Assembly: GCA_017882905.1 (NCBI GenBank)
Contig: JADGOO010000108.1
Span: 1 to 49,513, forward strand
Reading direction: 5' to 3'
Length of the DNA stretch: 49,513 bases
Origin: Acidimicrobiia bacterium
GTDB lineage: Bacteria; Actinomycetota; Acidimicrobiia; IMCC26256; PALSA-610
The position numbers and the translations under genes are program-made. Positions 46,794-49,513 of the stretch are shown here, piece by piece (position 1 is the first letter of the stretch; every line of letters begins with the position of its first letter). The notes below the pieces were generated by a model that had not been told where the DNA came from, made no database searches, and saw nothing but the letters and a program-made list of their open reading frames with translations.

Positions 46794-47981
46794 CTAGTGC
46801 GGGCTCCGAGCGAGCTCCCGGCGGTACCACGAGTAGAAGTGTGCCGTACCCGCCTCGGGCGCGAGACCCGTGAGGTTCACGTGGTACGGCTTCACTTCGA
46901 GGCCGAGCGAACGCGCTGCATCGATGCCGACCTGACGGGACTCGACGAGAATCGCGTCTTCCACGCCGGTCTCGTCGAACGCGGCCTTCATGATCGCGGG
47001 CAAGCCCGGAACGACCGTCTCCATGTCGTCGGGCACGCAGTAATGCGCGCGGTTCACATGCGTGCCGTTACCCGTGGGCAACACGACCGAGATCACGCGC
47101 AGCCCGTGGTAGAGCTCGATCATCAAGTTCGGGTAGATGCCGGCCCACGCGACCGCGAACGAGCTCATCGGCTCCTCCCGGCGCGCGTGGTACTGCTCGA
47201 GACCCTGCACCCACTGCGCGTAGAGGCCCGACCGACCACCGCGCTCCTCGTGCAACTCCAGGAACTGCACGTGGAAATGCTCGCCGAACGTCCAGTCGAG
47301 CGTGTCGCAATCGGAGAACGACGCCAGGCCGTCGTGGTACGGCGGAACGTGGTAGCAGTCGCCGAAGACCTCCATGAAGGTCTTCCAGTCGGACGCGTAC
47401 GGCGTGTCTTCGGTAGCGAGGACCGTCCAGCCATCGAAGTCGAGGCAGTCGCTCAGGCCACGCGCGGCGAAGTCGTCTTCGAGGCGGGCGAACTCTGCAT
47501 CGAACTCGCGGCGGCGCGCCGGGTCGACAGCGAAGTGGAAGCCGCGCCAGCTGAGCAGCTCGAACGACGCGAGCCCGAGCGAGGCGCGCTCCTCGCGGTT
47601 GAACGAGATGTCGCGCCCACCGATCAGCGAGCCATCGCGACGGTACGACCACTGGTGATACGGACACGTGATGCACGAGCGGTCGATGAACTCGTCGTCG
47701 CGGGCCATCGGGCGCAACGTGTGCGTACACAAGTTGCTGACCGCGCGCACGCGGCCGTCGTCGTCGCGCGTGAGCAGGAGTCGCTCGTCGCCGTCGGCGC
47801 GCCGGTGTCCCTTGCCCGGGAGCAACAGGTCGTGGCCGAGGTAGAGCAGCCCATGACCCGGACGGAACAGCGACGCCTGCTCCTGCGCGTGGCGGGCCGG
47901 GTTCGCGAAATCTGCGAGATCGAGAGCAGGAACCCCGTCAGCCCGAAAGGTGTACCCGTTGCGTGGCCATTCGACAGACAT
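46794..47981 (-). CDS. Rieske (2Fe-2S) non-heme-iron oxygenase, alpha-subunit type
   Basis: Rieske ligands CTHTLRPM...CPYHQW and a downstream mononuclear-iron domain with DCYHVPPYH. Confidence 0.8.
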   Translation of the reverse strand: MSVEWPRNGYTFRADGVPALDLADFANPARHAQEQASLFRPGHGLLYLGHDLLLPGKGHRRADGDERLLLTRDDDGRVRAVSNLCTHTLRPMARDDEFIDRSCITCPYHQWSYRRDGSLIGGRDISFNREERASLGLASFELLSWRGFHFAVDPARRREFDAEFARLEDDFAARGLSDCLDFDGWTVLATEDTPYASDWKTFMEVFGDCYHVPPYHDGLASFSDCDTLDWTFGEHFHVQFLELHEERGGRSGLYAQWVQGLEQYHARREEPMSSFAVAWAGIYPNLMIELYHGLRVISVVLPTGNGTHVNRAHYCVPDDMETVVPGLPAIMKAAFDETGVEDAILVESRQVGIDAARSLGLEVKPYHVNLTGLAPEAGTAHFYSWYRRELARSPH

Positions 47982-48072
47982 CGTTACCGGCCACGATAGG
48001 ACCCCCTGATCGCGGTCTCGGGCACCCTGGTCGTCAAGATTGCATGAATGTCGCCGAGAGCAGAGCCCGCGC

Positions 48073-49513
48073 TTACTGCGGCTCGCTCGCCGCGGTCGTA
48101 GCGACCCGTTTTGCCCACGGATAGTCGGGTTTACCGCTCGGTGACCGTTCCACTTGCGCCACGAGGTGCACTTCGCGCGGGACCTTGTACCCGGCGACGA
48201 GCGTGCGGGCGTGCACGGCGAGATCCTCGAGTGTGGGAACGCGACCAGCCCGCGGCTGCACCACCGCCACGACCCGCTCGCCCCAGCGTTCGTCGGGCAC
48301 GCCGACCACGATCACGTCGAACACATCGGCGTGCGCCTTCAGCGCCGCTTCGACTTCCTCGGGGAAGATCTTCTCGCCACCCGAGTTGATGCAGACGGAG
48401 CCCCGCCCGAGCAACGTCATCGAACCGTCGGCTTCGATGACGGCATGATCGCCCGACACCGCGTAACGGCGCCCGTCGAGCTCGACGAACGTGGCCGCGC
48501 TCTTCTCGGGGTCCTTGTGGTAGCGCAGCGGCACGTTGCCGCCCCGCGCCATCCGGCCGACGATCCCGGATCCGGCCGCCACCGGCTGCAGGTGCTCGTC
48601 GAGCACCACCGTGTCGGGGCCCATCCGAACGGTCGGGAGCCCTTCTTGTTGGCCGCCCCCCTTCTGCACGAGCGTCATGCCGTTGTACCCCGTCTCGGTG
48701 GACCCGACCGCGTCGGCGACGATCAGCTCCGGGAAGCGAGCGAGGAAGCGGTCCTTGACCGAGCGCGAGAACACGGCTGCGGTGCTCGACACGGCAACGA
48801 GCGACGACACGTCGTAGTCGGCACCGTCGAGTGCCTCGATCAGCGGGCGGCCCATCGCATCGCCAGTGATGTTGAGGCTCGCGATCCGGTGGCGCTCGAC
48901 GGCGCGCCACACCTCGGTGGGTTCGAACTTCGGCATGAGCACGGTGGTGCGCCCGTTGAAGAGCCCGTTGAGGGTGCCCCACTGTGCGGCGCCGTGCATC
49001 AGCGGCGCGATCACGATGCCTTTGCCGCTCGTGTCGTCGGGCGCCGCCTTGGCGAAGGCGTACTCGTCGACGATCACCTCTCCGGTGCTGAAGACGATTC
49101 CGCCGCCGAGCACGCGCAGCACGTCTTCGTGGCGCCACACGACGCCTTTGGGCATGCCGGTTGTTCCGCCCGTGTAGAGGATGTAGATGTCGTCGTCGGA
49201 GCGCGGCGCGAAGTCGCGCACCGGAGAGCCCGACGCGAGCGCGTCGGCGTAGTCAACGGATCCGATCGAGGCGCAGCTCGTTGCCGTGCCGTCGTCGATG
49301 GCGATCAGGTGCCGGAGCCGCGGCAATGAATCGCGCACGGCTTCGATCCGCGGCGCGAAGCGGGCATCGTGCACCAAGGCCACCAGATCGGCGTCGTCGA
49401 ACAGGTAGCGGAGCTCTGCCTCGACGTATCGATAGTTGACGTTGCCCGGTACCGCGCGCAGCTTGTAGGCGGCGAAGATCGTCTCGACGAACTCGACGCT
49501 GTTGAACCCGTAC
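48073..49513 (-). CDS. AMP-dependent acyl-CoA synthetase/ligase (5' end beyond the window)
   Basis: YTGGTTGMPKGV AMP-binding motif. The reading frame continues without a stop to the window edge (…YGFNSVEFVETIFAAYKLRAVPGNVNYRY...), so the gene is N-terminally truncated by the window. Confidence 0.8.
   Translation of the reverse strand, partial: YGFNSVEFVETIFAAYKLRAVPGNVNYRYVEAELRYLFDDADLVALVHDARFAPRIEAVRDSLPRLRHLIAIDDGTATSCASIGSVDYADALASGSPVRDFAPRSDDDIYILYTGGTTGMPKGVVWRHEDVLRVLGGGIVFSTGEVIVDEYAFAKAAPDDTSGKGIVIAPLMHGAAQWGTLNGLFNGRTTVLMPKFEPTEVWRAVERHRIASLNITGDAMGRPLIEALDGADYDVSSLVAVSSTAAVFSRSVKDRFLARFPELIVADAVGSTETGYNGMTLVQKGGGQQEGLPTVRMGPDTVVLDEHLQPVAAGSGIVGRMARGGNVPLRYHKDPEKSAATFVELDGRRYAVSGDHAVIEADGSMTLLGRGSVCINSGGEKIFPEEVEAALKAHADVFDVIVVGVPDERWGERVVAVVQPRAGRVPTLEDLAVHARTLVAGYKVPREVHLVAQVERSPSGKPDYPWAKRVATTAASEPQ

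Overview
Window of about 70% GC, densely coded actinobacterial-type chromosomal DNA. Roughly the first 23 kb is a housekeeping block read mostly on the minus strand. Its order closely parallels the mycobacterial Rv1003-Rv1026 neighbourhood: ppx / DUF501 / ftsB / eno / SPFH / mazG / membrane protein / mfd / (inserted AbiEi-like gene) / pth / rplY / prs / glmU / tRNA-Gln / bS22 / ispE / ksgA / Rpf-like / tatD / metG / rsmI / DUF192 / ychF-like. It includes the Actinobacteria-specific ribosomal peptide bS22 and a candidate bL37. From about 23.1 kb the content becomes accessory: a repeat-flanked segment carries a truncated TnpB (IS200/IS605 OrfB) N-terminal fragment and the bL37-like peptide gene. 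Downstream are a thioesterase, two SDRs plus an amidohydrolase, htpX, a degenerate ParA-like gene, a WS/DGAT and an alpha/beta hydrolase. Then follows a molybdo-oxidoreductase/cytochrome b pair, serC, and a translationally coupled pair made of a thioredoxin-like (CPTC) fusion protein and a UGSC-family gene. The UGSC gene contains an in-frame TGA, a candidate selenocysteine codon, followed immediately by a perfect hairpin (candidate SECIS). The window ends with alkA-like, acyl-CoA ligase, a serine hydrolase, flotillin, an MFS transporter and a Rieske oxygenase / SnoaL / acyl-CoA ligase cluster. No rRNA or CRISPR was seen. Most long ORFs antisense to these genes are Arg/Gly/His-rich GC artefacts. 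Starts were refined by hand and many are GTG/TTG. All protein calls rest on recognisable motifs in the provided translations; no database search was possible.
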